The translations under genes were made by a program, and so were the position numbers. Under the pieces are notes generated by a model. It was not told where the DNA came from and did not search any database. It saw only the letters and a program-made list of their open reading frames with translations. Positions 49,214 through 59,757 of a stretch of DNA of 64,000 nt are shown here, one piece after another; position 1 is the first letter of the stretch; each line of letters begins with the position of its first letter. Source of the DNA: a candidate division WWE3 bacterium (lineage in GTDB: Bacteria; Patescibacteriota; WWE3; JAUXAW01); the NCBI GenBank assembly GCA_030619715.1, contig JAUXAW010000002.1:1221-65220 (forward strand). The letters run 5' to 3'.

Positions 49214-49552
49214 ATGGAGAAATTCTTTCACAAAAAGCTAGTTCGGGATAAACTTCCCGAAATTATCAAGGCCACTGGTGAGGAAGGTGAAGTTAGGGTA
49301 ATGGGTAAGAGGGAGTTTGAAGGCGAACTCGAAAAGAAACTTGTTGAGGAGACAAAGGAGCTTTTGGGGGTACCGAGGAAAGATCTACCAAAGGAAATGG
49401 CTGATGTTTTAGAGCTCCTCAAGTCGATAGCAGAACTTCACAAAATAGACTTCAAGTCAGTGGAAGAAAAGCAAATTGAGAAAAGAAAAGAGCGCGGCGG
49501 CTTTAAAAAGCGCCTTTTTCTTATTTGGTCCAGTCGAAAAGCAGGTGAGTAA
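49214..49552 (+). CDS. MazG-like nucleotide pyrophosphohydrolase (PRA-PH family)
   Basis: KLVRDKLPEII, KLVEE, EMADVLE and RGGFKKR motifs. Confidence 0.88.
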   Translation: MEKFFHKKLVRDKLPEIIKATGEEGEVRVMGKREFEGELEKKLVEETKELLGVPRKDLPKEMADVLELLKSIAELHKIDFKSVEEKQIEKRKERGGFKKRLFLIWSSRKAGE

Positions 49553-49565
49553 TTAGCTTTTAAAG

Positions 49566-49748
49566 ATGAGGAAAATTGTTAGAGTAATTAGAGTAATTAT
49601 TGTTTCCATTTTTCTCCTCGCCGGATTTCTTGTGCTGGCGCGGCTTTTGGTCGGGGGAGGGGAGGATACTTGGATTTGCGTTGACGGAGAGTGGGTTAAA
49701 CATGGGGTTCCCTACGCTCCGATGCCGGAGAAGGGGTGTGGGATTTGA
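49566..49748 (+). CDS. Small secreted/membrane protein
   Basis: TM helix plus the EDTWICVDGEWVKHGVP motif common in CPR. Confidence 0.7.
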   Translation: MRKIVRVIRVIIVSIFLLAGFLVLARLLVGGGEDTWICVDGEWVKHGVPYAPMPEKGCGI

Positions 49749-49784
49749 CAACCGAGAATTTTTTGTTTACCTTTAAATTCGAAG

Positions 49785-50006
49785 ATGTTTAAAGATAAAA
49801 AACCCTTGATAATTGGTGGAGCCCTGCTGGGCGTTCTTCTTATTGCCGGTGGGGGCTTTTTCTTTTGGCGTCAGCGGAAGCCGGCCGTTGTTCCGGAGGA
49901 AGAGACGCGGACGGAAAGAAGCGAACCTCTGGTCGTCCCACCTTCGGCCGAAGAGATGCCCTACGAAACCTATCAAACCATAGATGGTAGCTTTTGTAAG
50001 GAGTAG
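49785..50006 (+). CDS. Short membrane-anchored ORF, probably truncated
   Basis: Starts like the PsbP-like surface proteins (TM helix, linker, YETYQ) and then ends abruptly. Confidence 0.45.
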   Translation: MFKDKKPLIIGGALLGVLLIAGGGFFFWRQRKPAVVPEEETRTERSEPLVVPPSAEEMPYETYQTIDGSFCKE

Positions 50007-50172
50007 TAGTAGCCTCCCAAAAAGAAAATTTCCAGAAGAAAAAAGTAGCCAATTATGGCCAGTTCGATTTTGTTTTCGGTAGCAAAAGATTTGAGTAAAT
50101 TTTTAAGGTCGGTATTTTTTGGCAGGACGATCATTGTGTAGATAAATTGTAACACATGTGGTATAATACCAA

Positions 50173-51093
50173 ATGATGGCTGAAGAGAAAGAAACAAAAG
50201 AGAATGCCAACAAGTGGTTGGTGGTGGTCGGTTTGATTATGACCGGTCTGTTGATCGGTGGGGGACTGGTTTTTGCCGGCTACAAGTTGACCCAGCAAAA
50301 GGTTCCCGAAGCAGCACCAACACTGCCTGTTGAAAGGCCTGAAGTTGAGGAGGCAACTCCTTCGCCGGCCCCGGCCGCCCCGGTCGAAACGCTCCCCGGA
50401 AATTGCGATGACGAATGTGTTGCCCAAGGATTTGTGTCGGGCTACTGCGGTTCGGCGGCTGTCTATCCCGGTGAGGAACCGTGCGAGTCCGGTGAGACAA
50501 ACATCGGTTGGACAAAGGACTGCCAGATTCCCGAAGGTTTAATTGGGGTACAGAAGGGGTGTTGCTGTGTCCCCGATGGGGAATCCGCCTCTGGCGGACC
50601 GACGGCCGACTGGGAGATCTACACCAACACCGATTACGGTTATCAATTCAAGCATCCCGCCGGCTGGATTTTTACCGCCCGGATGGTAGCGACCGATCCT
50701 TCCAAGCCTCTCTACGTAATTCGTCAAGAGGTTCAGAGTAATAATATTGATGATTATCTGGTCTCGGTTAGGGCTTGGGACAACCCCGATGGGCTTTCTT
50801 TAGCTGATTGGATTCAGTTTATGAAGGACTCCAATGCTTTTGCGACGCCGACGGAGGATATGGACACGACGGCCAACACCGAGGTTGGTGGGGAGCAAGC
50901 GCTGCAGTTTTGGAGCGACCCTTTATCTGGTGGTCAGGAACCGGGGGAGTGCTTCCAGGCCTGTCCGGTTTTAAGTGTCTATTTTGTCCACGGGGACAAG
51001 GCCTATGCGGTTGAACTTAATTATATGCGCGAGTTTGACGAAGATAGCTTCATCCTCTTCTCCCAAATCCTTTCCACTTTTGAGTTCCTCTAA
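50173..51093 (+). CDS. Membrane-anchored protein with Cys-rich module and PsbP-like domain
   Basis: DWEIYTNTDYGYQFKHP...FSQILSTFEF. Confidence 0.75.
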   Translation: MMAEEKETKENANKWLVVVGLIMTGLLIGGGLVFAGYKLTQQKVPEAAPTLPVERPEVEEATPSPAPAAPVETLPGNCDDECVAQGFVSGYCGSAAVYPGEEPCESGETNIGWTKDCQIPEGLIGVQKGCCCVPDGESASGGPTADWEIYTNTDYGYQFKHPAGWIFTARMVATDPSKPLYVIRQEVQSNNIDDYLVSVRAWDNPDGLSLADWIQFMKDSNAFATPTEDMDTTANTEVGGEQALQFWSDPLSGGQEPGECFQACPVLSVYFVHGDKAYAVELNYMREFDEDSFILFSQILSTFEFL

Positions 51094-51236
51094 CCATTTT
51101 ACCCGCCTAAATTTCGAAAATTATGGCGGGTTGACAACCCTCCAAGTTAGTGCTATAAGGACACTGCAAGGGGAGACTTTTTCTATCCGCTGGAGCGTTT
51201 TGCTCCGTTTAGTATCTCAAAATAAGGAGGAGAGGG

Positions 51237-51902
51237 ATGCAAAAGAACAGTCTTATCAAAAGGTACTTTCTGCGGTACATAACCTCAATTTTCGCAGTAT
51301 GCTTCCTAAGCTTGGTTGTGGCAGCATCAGCCGTTGCGGTTGGGGTGTACAGACTTTCCCCGGATCGATTAGACTTAGCTCCCTTATCCATGGTTGGGGT
51401 GGCGGGGTTAACGCTGATACTGACGATCCTGCACGTTGTGGTCGCTAGACTCCTCGTCAACTACAACCTCAAGGAGTCGGGGCTCTACTTCCGGGTCAAG
51501 GATGGGAAGGTCGACGCGGCCAACCCCCAGTGGGGGAAGGATGGGGTTTGGGTCAGCTTGCCTCGGACCGACCAGCCGCACGAGATTGGGTTTCCTCGTT
51601 ACGAGGTTCCCATCTGGAGCGAACCCATAGTCCTGAAGGTCTTTTTCAGGGATGTGTTTAATCCCCAGGAGGTGTACGAGAAGGTCTTCGCCGTTGGGTA
51701 TGGTAGCTTCGATCTCTGGTTGCGAGATAGGTTTCTTGCAGCAGTAGCGGGCTCTCCAGTTCAGGATGCGCTCCGCCTCACTCGCCAGCGCTCGTCGGAT
51801 GAGTTGGAGAAGGCGTTGCTTGGATTGGAATTCTCCGGCGGCCTGGAAAATATCGGCTATGTTGAGGCCACCGCTACCACGAGTGTGACGGTCCGCTTCT
51901 AG
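51237..51902 (+). CDS. Hypothetical membrane protein, paralog 1
   Basis: Two TM helices; shares ANPxWGK and SLPRTDQP with the next gene. Confidence 0.75.
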   Translation: MQKNSLIKRYFLRYITSIFAVCFLSLVVAASAVAVGVYRLSPDRLDLAPLSMVGVAGLTLILTILHVVVARLLVNYNLKESGLYFRVKDGKVDAANPQWGKDGVWVSLPRTDQPHEIGFPRYEVPIWSEPIVLKVFFRDVFNPQEVYEKVFAVGYGSFDLWLRDRFLAAVAGSPVQDALRLTRQRSSDELEKALLGLEFSGGLENIGYVEATATTSVTVRF

Positions 51903-52183
51903 CCACCGGAAGGTACCACGCCAAAAAGGGGCGTCGAGATTCTCTTTTTGAGACTTGAGACTCGACGCCTTCATTCTTTTTTCCTCCTCTTCGATAATTC
52001 AATTCATCGAATTATTAGAATTCAGCCATCCGCCAGAGGCGGACAAGTTTAACAATTTAACCATTTAGCCATTTATCTTCTTGACAACCCCACAAACTAG
52101 TGCTATAAGGGTATTGTTGCAAGGAGAGTCTTTAAGCCAATGGAGCTTTCGCTCCACATCTCAAAATAAGGAGGAGAGAGAAA

Positions 52184-52909
52184 ATGAAAAACAGAATATT
52201 CGATTGGGGCAAAAGGTACTTTCTGATAACGGCTAAGGCTCAGGGCGGTTCTTTTAGGATGGGCTTCCTCATTGGCTTGCTATTGTTCGCGATCACCGGG
52301 TTCGCGACGATAACCTTGCAGCTCGCAGGTCACGACATCGGTCCCGGTGTAGCGTTCAGCTGTCTCGGGTCCGCTCTGGTGCTAGGGATCGTGAATACCC
52401 GCGTCGTTGATCGCTACATCTGCTACAGCGAGGAGCCGGGGCTTTTCTTCCTGACCAACGGTGGGCCCATCCGTCTAGACGAAGAGGGAAGAGCTATTGG
52501 GGCAAACCCGCTGTGGGGGAAGGGGCTTTTCATCAGTCTTCCCCGAACCGACCAGCCGTACGAGAAGCAGGTTCTCCGGAGGGATTTTCCTGAAACGAAA
52601 ATCCCCTTGGTAGTGTTGAGGGTCTTCTTCAAAGGAGAGTTTGATCCTCACGAAGTGTACCAAGGTATCTACAGATCCGGATTCGATCCCAGTAGCTTCA
52701 ACCGTTCGTTGTCGTCGGCGTTCCTGCACGCGGTGCGGAATGCCGGCGAGGAGGAGGTGTTTTATTCGCAGGCCTATGAGCTCCCTCCGGATGAGATAGA
52801 GGCAAAGCTGGGAAAAGTGCGTTCGCACTTCACCGCTTGGAGAGATTTCAGCAACATCGACCACATCGATCTTGAAGTCTCTCCGACTGTGACAATCAGC
52901 TTCAACTAA
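52184..52909 (+). CDS. Hypothetical membrane protein, paralog 2
   Basis: Same motifs as paralog 1, with duplicated promoter and terminator. Confidence 0.75.
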   Translation: MKNRIFDWGKRYFLITAKAQGGSFRMGFLIGLLLFAITGFATITLQLAGHDIGPGVAFSCLGSALVLGIVNTRVVDRYICYSEEPGLFFLTNGGPIRLDEEGRAIGANPLWGKGLFISLPRTDQPYEKQVLRRDFPETKIPLVVLRVFFKGEFDPHEVYQGIYRSGFDPSSFNRSLSSAFLHAVRNAGEEEVFYSQAYELPPDEIEAKLGKVRSHFTAWRDFSNIDHIDLEVSPTVTISFN

Positions 52910-53092
52910 CTTCTATCAGAAAGTACCAAACGCCGAGGGGCGTCGAGGTTCTCTTTTTGAGATTCAAGACTCGACGCCCTTCCACATCTTCTCGTTACTA
53001 CTGCCTATTCCCTAGTGCCTATTGCCTAGCGTTTGCTTTTTCCCCATTTTTGTGCTAAAAATAAGGCAAATACAGCCAAGGGAGAGGAGAGG

Positions 53093-53536
53093 GTGAAAAA
53101 AGCACAAGTTCTATTACTGTTGGCTGCGGCGCTCGTTCTGTGCGCGTGCGCACCAGCGGTGGCAGCACCGGAACCAACTCCCACACAGGAACCGGCCCCA
53201 ACACCAATCGGGACGCCGGATCCAAGGTGGGCGGTAATGTGTGTGGAATTGGAAGAAAATCTTGATGTGTGTTTTTTGGCACCGGACAAGATTAAAACCA
53301 ACCTGTTCACCGGCCCAGTCGTCAAAGTTAAACTCAATTTGGTCACTTTGGCGGGCGGAATCCGGACCCGCACCATTGAGGTAGGGGAGGTGCAGAAGGA
53401 AGAGATCGGCTACGAGACTTTCGTTCTCGAGATAACAAAAGACGTAACCAACTTTGATCGCGTCTTCGTCTACATCGTGATTGAGGGTCGAGAGTTTGAG
53501 TTCGGCTTTCCGATCGTGGAGTGTTCGCCGCAGTGA
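53093..53536 (+). CDS. Putative lipoprotein
   Basis: GTG start after a GGAG RBS; LVLCAC lipobox-like motif; PTPT linker. Confidence 0.65.
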   Translation: MKKAQVLLLLAAALVLCACAPAVAAPEPTPTQEPAPTPIGTPDPRWAVMCVELEENLDVCFLAPDKIKTNLFTGPVVKVKLNLVTLAGGIRTRTIEVGEVQKEEIGYETFVLEITKDVTNFDRVFVYIVIEGREFEFGFPIVECSPQ

Positions 53537-53608
53537 GGCTAGGACCCTGAAAGTTCTAGCCTCCTTTCTTTTTAATTGTCCTCAAAAGTCTGATAAGATT
53601 AGGTTGAG

Positions 53609-55762
53609 ATGAAAAGTCCGCTCATTTTCCGCCTGCTTTTTCTAAATTTGGGGATAAGCTCCCTTCTTTTTCAGACCCTGCTCTTGCGGGAGCTGGTCGT
53701 CAGTTTTTATGGTAACGAGTTTTTTGTCGGAGTGGTTTTGGCCCTCTGGCTTTTTTGGACGGCGGTTGGAAGCTTCGCAGCGAGTAGGATTAAAAAGGAT
53801 CCGAGTAGGATTAAGAGGGATCTTGTTGGTGTTCATGTCTTTTTATCCTTCTTAATCCCTGTTTTATCCTTTTTAATTAGATTCCTCAAAATTCCCGGCA
53901 CAACCGGGGGAGAGATTCCCGATTTTTTTAGCTCTTTAATTTTTGTCGGAGCACTTTTGGCCCCCAGCGGTTTGGCTTTTGGTAGTATTTTTACCCTCGG
54001 CGCCAAGATTTGGGTGCAGGTCGGCGAGGCCTATTTCTGGGAAACTTTGGGCCATATATTAATCGGCTTGGTTTTCAGCTTCTTCTTAGTGACGGTACCG
54101 ACCCTCCCGGTGGCGTTTTTAATTTCGGCTTTAAATCTGGCTTTGGTGTCTCTACTGCTTCCGAAAGGGTCTAAACTGCCGAAAACTTTGTGTTTCACAC
54201 TTGGTCTGCTTCTCGTTTTCTTTAGTGTCTTTTGCGGCAAGGAGATTGAGTTTTTAAGTCAAGGCTGGCGTTTTCCCAATTTGGTTCATCAGGAAAATTC
54301 TTTCTACGGTCACATCGCCGTAACCGAAAGTGAGGACCAATACAATTTTTACGAAAGCGGACTTTTGGTCGGAGCCGACGAGGATTATTATGGAAGTGAG
54401 TTTCTGGTCCACCCGACCCTGATTCAACACTCTGACCCACGTCAGGTTCTCCTCATCGGTGGGGGATGGAACGGGGTTTTGGCCGAGATTTTGAAATATC
54501 CCAGCGTGGAAAAGATTGATTACGTTGAGCTCGACCCGCAATTTTTGAGGATCGTCGAGAAGTATCTTCCAGAAGATCTCAAAAAAGCTTTCTCCGACCC
54601 AAGAGTCCAGAAACACTTTGTTGACGGGCGGTATTTTTTGAAGCACGCGGACGGCACCTACGATGTGGTCATTTTTAACCTTCCCAACCCCTCGACGGCT
54701 CTAATCAACCGCTTCTACACAAAAGAATGCTTTGAAGAGGTTAAAAGAATTACAGACCCTAAGGGTCTGTTTGCTTTGCCGTTATCGACTCCGACGGATT
54801 ACCTCAGTGCGGAAACGGAAAATTTGCTGGCCTCGGTTTATAAGACTTTAAAAAGGGAGTTTCCCCAGGTTCGAATTTTGGCCGAGGAAAATGTATTGTT
54901 TCTAGCCGCGAAAGACGCGGACGCGAAAAACGCGAAAAATTTGAACGTCTCAGAAGTTCTAAAACATTGGAAAGATTTGAAACTTGAGACCTCGTTTTTG
55001 ACCACCGCTGAGCTGGAATATCGTTTCACAAACGATAAAAATACTCGGATTCAGCAGATTCTTGAGGCCAATCGGGAGGCAGCGCTGAATTCTGATTTTT
55101 ATCCCGCGGCTTATTTTTACCAAACACTCTTCTGGCAGACAAAGTTCAGCTTCCTTTTTGCCAAGATTCTAGCTAGCTTGCAACAGCCGTTGTTCTGGGT
55201 TTTGGTCAGTCTTCTGCTTTCCGCCGGCGGCCTTCTCTTTGTTTGGAGAAAACCCTCACTTTTGAGCACGTCCAATGTAGCAGTTTTGACCGTGGGTTTG
55301 GGGGGCCTGACCCTGATGGCGATGGAGATAATTCTAATCTTTCTTTTCCAAACCATCTTGGGCTTTGTTTACTCACGGATAGCACTATTAATGGCTCTAA
55401 TCCTGGCGGGTCTAGCTCTCGGAAATTTTGGGGCCCGGAGGTTTCTACGAACAGTGAGTAGGGGACTGTTGTTAGTTCAAATTCTGATTGTTTTCTATCT
55501 TTTCTCCTTCTTGCAATTTATTCCCCATCTGACAAGCGAGATTCATTTTTATATTTTGGGGATAGTGGCCGGAGTTTTGGTGGGGCTTATTTTCCCGCTG
55601 GCAAGTAATTACACCGCCGACCTCGCAGGCTCGTTTTTCGGAGCGCTGCTGCCCTCGTTGTTCCTAATCCCTCTCTTCGGTGTCTTTAATACCATTACCC
55701 TTCTCGCTGCCCTAAACCTTATTGGGACCCTGCTTCTTCTTCGGCGAAGATTTGGGCGGTGA
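53609..55762 (+). CDS. Membrane-fused spermidine synthase-like protein
   Basis: N- and C-terminal TM bundles around VLLIGGG, YVELDP, DGR.FL and NRFYT.E.F motifs. Confidence 0.85.
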   Translation: MKSPLIFRLLFLNLGISSLLFQTLLLRELVVSFYGNEFFVGVVLALWLFWTAVGSFAASRIKKDPSRIKRDLVGVHVFLSFLIPVLSFLIRFLKIPGTTGGEIPDFFSSLIFVGALLAPSGLAFGSIFTLGAKIWVQVGEAYFWETLGHILIGLVFSFFLVTVPTLPVAFLISALNLALVSLLLPKGSKLPKTLCFTLGLLLVFFSVFCGKEIEFLSQGWRFPNLVHQENSFYGHIAVTESEDQYNFYESGLLVGADEDYYGSEFLVHPTLIQHSDPRQVLLIGGGWNGVLAEILKYPSVEKIDYVELDPQFLRIVEKYLPEDLKKAFSDPRVQKHFVDGRYFLKHADGTYDVVIFNLPNPSTALINRFYTKECFEEVKRITDPKGLFALPLSTPTDYLSAETENLLASVYKTLKREFPQVRILAEENVLFLAAKDADAKNAKNLNVSEVLKHWKDLKLETSFLTTAELEYRFTNDKNTRIQQILEANREAALNSDFYPAAYFYQTLFWQTKFSFLFAKILASLQQPLFWVLVSLLLSAGGLLFVWRKPSLLSTSNVAVLTVGLGGLTLMAMEIILIFLFQTILGFVYSRIALLMALILAGLALGNFGARRFLRTVSRGLLLVQILIVFYLFSFLQFIPHLTSEIHFYILGIVAGVLVGLIFPLASNYTADLAGSFFGALLPSLFLIPLFGVFNTITLLAALNLIGTLLLLRRRFGR

Positions 55763-57275
55763 AGACGAAGATTTGGGTGGTGGGGTCTTGCCAGCAAGAA
55801 GAGGAAAGACCTATTTTCTGGGTACAAAGTTCACTCATAAATTTGTTTAAATCCCAGTTGTTTTCGGTCGCCACATGGGGCAAAAAGACACCGTGACGGT
55901 TACTTCTACTTAGCGAGACCCCGTGTTTGCCGACCTCAATGTTGTAGGGGTCAAAGATTCTTCGCCGCGGGGACAAAACGGAGATTTCGATTTCAATTGC
56001 TTCAAGCTCGTTGGGTTTAACCGGAGTGAAGCGACGGTCTTTAGTCGCGGCGGCGATCGTCATCTGTTGGACCACCTGCCAAAGAGGTTCCTCGGGTTCA
56101 AAGCGGCCGATGCAGCCGTGCAGCGCTCCATTTTTGTGGAGGGTGACAAAAGCCCCCAGTGGGGTGTTGAGGAACTCGTGCTCAATTTCGACCCCCGGGG
56201 TTTGATTGGTTGCAATAAAGGTCTTCAGGGTTTGGCGGGAAATTTTTAAAAGCTCCTGCTTCTCTTCCTCATTGAGTTCGGTGCCAAACCTTTCACCATA
56301 AAAAGCGATCGCGGCATAACCAACGACCCGATTTTTGTCTCCGGCAGGCAGGTCGCCAGAATTGGCATAATTCAAAAGTTGGATATCAGAAAGCCCTAAA
56401 TTTTCGGACAGGATCAGCCCCGTCTTGATTGCTCCCGCCCCGCAGGCGGCGGTTTGTAAATTGGGGATTCCACTTTGAGGTAGCTGCTCGACCAGCTGGG
56501 AGAATTTTTCCAAATCGTTTTCAAGAATGCTGTTAATAATCTGCCGGTCGGCCTGTGTGGCGTCTTCGTAGTTGGGATAGTGGGAAAGGTCACTGCTGAT
56601 AACGATTAGGGTGTAGGGGTTAGTGTGTTTGGCCAGAGCACTTGCCAAGATTTGGGCCGTTTCCGTCGTCTGGTCACCTAATATAACAGGCACGATCTGA
56701 AAGTCTTTGAGCGTTTTTTGGAGGAGGGGAATTTCTACCTCTAAGGAGTGCTCTTTGTCATGATACTGGGGGCCGGCGAAGATAAGGGGGCTCTCGCTGG
56801 TTAGTTTTTGAGCAAGGATTTCGTCAATTGGAATCTGACCGAGCGGGGTTTCAAAGAAACCCTCGGTGTAGACAGCGGCACCGTCAAAATGATAATGGTG
56901 GGAGTTGCCGATGATGACGATGGTCGAATATTCTCTATCTTTAATTTCGGAGAAAGCATAAGCGGCTACTTGGCCGGAAAATTGGTAGCCGGCGTGGGGG
57001 ACGACGATAATCTTCGGGGGTTTGGGGGTTAGGGGAGAGGGGATAGTGACGAGGAATCCATCAATTTGGGCGGAGAGTTCCTCTCTGTTTCCCGGATAAA
57101 AAGTGCCGGCGGCGGCCGGTTTTCTGACGTTCTTAGTTTCGACCTTGGTTTCAGTCGCGGGGAGAACTTCTGCAGGCGATAGCGGCTCTTTTTGCAGATT
57201 TTCGTAAACAAAAATCCCGCCGATGGCGAGGGCGGCAGTGGCCGCAATGAGTAAGAGGTATTTTTTTACTTCCAT
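55719..57275 (-). CDS. amrB: AmmeMemoRadiSam protein B (Memo) fused to protein A (AMMECR1)
   Basis: RKPAAAGTFYP, PHAGY, EHSLE, SSDLSH, CG and VVGY motifs, then GAFVTL..GCIG..D.RF..EISVL; N-terminal TM helix. Confidence 0.92.
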   Translation of the reverse strand: MEVKKYLLLIAATAALAIGGIFVYENLQKEPLSPAEVLPATETKVETKNVRKPAAAGTFYPGNREELSAQIDGFLVTIPSPLTPKPPKIIVVPHAGYQFSGQVAAYAFSEIKDREYSTIVIIGNSHHYHFDGAAVYTEGFFETPLGQIPIDEILAQKLTSESPLIFAGPQYHDKEHSLEVEIPLLQKTLKDFQIVPVILGDQTTETAQILASALAKHTNPYTLIVISSDLSHYPNYEDATQADRQIINSILENDLEKFSQLVEQLPQSGIPNLQTAACGAGAIKTGLILSENLGLSDIQLLNYANSGDLPAGDKNRVVGYAAIAFYGERFGTELNEEEKQELLKISRQTLKTFIATNQTPGVEIEHEFLNTPLGAFVTLHKNGALHGCIGRFEPEEPLWQVVQQMTIAAATKDRRFTPVKPNELEAIEIEISVLSPRRRIFDPYNIEVGKHGVSLSRSNRHGVFLPHVATENNWDLNKFMSELCTQKIGLSSSCWQDPTTQIFVFTAQIFAEEEAGSQ

Positions 57276-58387
57276 ATTCCTGGAACCTCAACGTCGCACA
57301 AACCCTCGTTAAGATGATTCTCAATCACGGTATGGCCTTTGCGGACGATCAGGGCTTCGCCGTTGGTCGGACAGTAGGTGGTCTGGCCCTCAACGTCGAT
57401 GATATTTCCGGTATAAACATAATTTAGTCCGACGTCGAGACAAATCTGGCGGGCTTCTTTGACCGTTTTCTCCGGGGTTGCGGGGACATTGAGCAGTTTG
57501 TAATCGGGATGAAAGCGGGAAAAATGCAGCGGCACATCGGGACCGAGATTCTCCAGAATCCACTGACACATCTCTTTAATCTCCTCCGGATCGTCATTTT
57601 TGCCGGGGACCACAAGATTAACAATTTCCAGCCAGGTTCCTTCCTCTTTGATGATTTTTAAGTTTTCAAGCACCGGCTGGAGCTTTCCGCCTACAATCTC
57701 TCGGTAGAAATCCTCGTTGAATCCCTTAAGATCAATCTTGATCGCGTCCAAAAGGGGCAGTAGCTCTTTCAGTGGTTCAGGGTTGACATAACCGCTGCTG
57801 ATGACGACATTTTTCAGACCCTTTTCCCGCGCTATTTTGGCCGTATCGTACATATATTCATAAAAGACCATCGGCTCGGAGTAGGTGTAGGCGATGCTGG
57901 TTGCGCCGGACTGGAGGGCCCGCTCAACTACTTTTTCCGGAGGCAGGTCAATGCTTTTTAAATCCTCGGGGAAGCGTTGGGCAATATCCCAGTTTTGGCA
58001 GTATTTGCAGGCGAGGGAACAGCCGCCGGTGGCGATGGAGTAGGCGTTGCTTCCGGGGAGAAAATGATTAAACGGTTTTTTCTCGATCGGGTCAACGTGG
58101 ATGGAAACTGGTTGCCCGTAAACTAAAGAGACCAACTCACCATTTTGGTTTTCACGAACTTTACAAATTCCTCTTTGGCCTTCGGCAAGGATACAGCGGT
58201 TGGGGCAGAGGTTACACTGAACCCGACCACCGTCTAATTTTTCGTAAAACCGCGCTTCCTGATAGACGGTCGCCGACAGCGTTTCCCCCTCTTTTTCAAC
58301 AGCTTCTTCGCCTCCTTTTCTCAAAACCAAAAAGGAAACCCCCACGCCGAAAATAATAATCGCTAAGCCAATAAGATATTTTTTCAT
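57266..58387 (-). CDS. amrS: AmmeMemoRadiSam radical SAM enzyme
   Basis: CNLCPNRC, DPIEKKP, CSLACKYCQNW, YTYSEP and HFSRFHP motifs; N-terminal TM helix. Confidence 0.93.
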   Translation of the reverse strand: MKKYLIGLAIIIFGVGVSFLVLRKGGEEAVEKEGETLSATVYQEARFYEKLDGGRVQCNLCPNRCILAEGQRGICKVRENQNGELVSLVYGQPVSIHVDPIEKKPFNHFLPGSNAYSIATGGCSLACKYCQNWDIAQRFPEDLKSIDLPPEKVVERALQSGATSIAYTYSEPMVFYEYMYDTAKIAREKGLKNVVISSGYVNPEPLKELLPLLDAIKIDLKGFNEDFYREIVGGKLQPVLENLKIIKEEGTWLEIVNLVVPGKNDDPEEIKEMCQWILENLGPDVPLHFSRFHPDYKLLNVPATPEKTVKEARQICLDVGLNYVYTGNIIDVEGQTTYCPTNGEALIVRKGHTVIENHLNEGLCDVEVPGIWK

Positions 58388-58427
58388 CGATTCAATTATA
58401 CCATTTCGCAATCTGCTAAAATAGAAA

Positions 58428-58871
58428 GTGATGGCGGAAATTGCTTGGCTCGATTGTCCGTATGGAAATGTTAATGACCCCTATCCCGGGCAGTGCGAGC
58501 TTTACACCGATACCAACAGTAACCAAATCTGCGACCACAGTGAGCCCCCCCTCTCTCCGATGAAAAGCTTTGTTTTGTGGGCAAGCTTTGTTGTAGTAGC
58601 TTTATACTTTCTCCACTGGTATCTTTCTCATAAAACCACAATCGGAAAAAGATTTAAGTTTCTTAGCCGCGTGTGGTTTCGTTATTTTTGGAATTTGGTT
58701 TTACTTTTGAGTTTTATTCCCGCCGCCGTTTCCGGTGTTCTGTGGGTATTTGGGGTTACAAGTTTTGATTTTAATCTCTGGCACAATAAAGCAGGCATTA
58801 TCTTCACCATCGTCGTCGCTCTCCACCTCCTCAAACGCTTTCGCCACATCCTCAACTTTCCGCGCTGGTAG
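58428..58871 (+). CDS. DUF4405-like membrane protein with N-terminal Cys motif
   Basis: [20 protein letters not shown] followed by TM helices carrying His residues (WH...LH). Confidence 0.7.
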   Translation: MMAEIAWLDCPYGNVNDPYPGQCELYTDTNSNQICDHSEPPLSPMKSFVLWASFVVVALYFLHWYLSHKTTIGKRFKFLSRVWFRYFWNLVLLLSFIPAAVSGVLWVFGVTSFDFNLWHNKAGIIFTIVVALHLLKRFRHILNFPRW

Positions 58872-59161
58872 GGAGTGTCCGCGGTGTCAATTGTGTCGGT
58901 GGTGTCAGTGGGGGCGAGTGCCCCTTAGATGTTACGTAACAGGTCGTGTTTGTTTGACAGAATCCTGTAAAAGTTGTAAAATTTACTCGGCCTTTTAAAA
59001 CCTGCCCAGGACAAAAACGTCTTGGGTTTTTAAGGTTTTAGCGGTGCTCGCACCGCTCGTACATTAACAATTGAGTAGGGTGAGGTCGAGTCTAGTCTGC
59101 GCTGTGCGCTAATGGGACAAACCTGCTAGATAGGAGCAAGACTATTATTAGGGAGGAGGAA

Positions 59162-59308
59162 ATGAGCGAGTTCTTGAGAGAAAACCTTTCAGCTCTCTGG
59201 TGTGAATGGTGGCCACTCATGTTGGGCAAAATGATCGAACTGGGAATCATTATTGCCTACGTTATTGAAAATAAGGAAGAGCTGATAAAGGGAAGGGTAA
59301 AAAGGTAA
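59162..59308 (+). CDS. Small peptide (48 aa)
   Basis: GGAGGAGG RBS; MSEFLRENLSALWCEWWPLML... Confidence 0.5.
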   Translation: MSEFLRENLSALWCEWWPLMLGKMIELGIIIAYVIENKEELIKGRVKR

Positions 59309-59369
59309 TGGCCGTTCGGCAACTCATTTAGGATAAGCCGGACAAATAAGCTTCAAAGGAGGGAAGAAA

Positions 59370-59612
59370 ATGGCTGAGGTTTTAAGGGGGTTCGGTAAGA
59401 TGAAAGGATGGGTGGTATGTGTGGTGATAGGCACAGGCATCGCGTGCATCATCCCGGCTCTCTCTGGAGATCTCCAGTCCGCATTTGCAATAGCAGCCAC
59501 AGGAGGCGTGTTCATTGTTGGGGCTCTCCTCCTCGTTGCTTTGGGTACAGTATTCGGTTGTCGAGAGGCAAAGCGGATCGTCGAGGAGATGAGGGAGAGA
59601 AACAGGGAGTGA
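59370..59612 (+). CDS. Small two-TM membrane protein
   Basis: AAGGAGG RBS; two hydrophobic segments. Confidence 0.65.
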   Translation: MAEVLRGFGKMKGWVVCVVIGTGIACIIPALSGDLQSAFAIAATGGVFIVGALLLVALGTVFGCREAKRIVEEMRERNRE

Positions 59613-59670
59613 CCGAGGCCAAAAGAAGCTCGCCTTGAGAGCTAGAAAATCTTAGAAGGAGGTGGACGAG

Positions 59671-59757
59671 ATGGAATGGCTAAGAGAAAACTGGCAGTGG
59701 TTGCTGTGGCTGGGACTCCTCGGCCTTCTCTCTCTCGCTGTGCCCGCAGCGTTGTAG
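59671..59757 (+). CDS. Small membrane peptide (28 aa)
   Basis: AAGGAGGT RBS; MEWLRENWQWLLWLGLLGLLSLAVPAAL. Confidence 0.5.
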   Translation: MEWLRENWQWLLWLGLLGLLSLAVPAAL

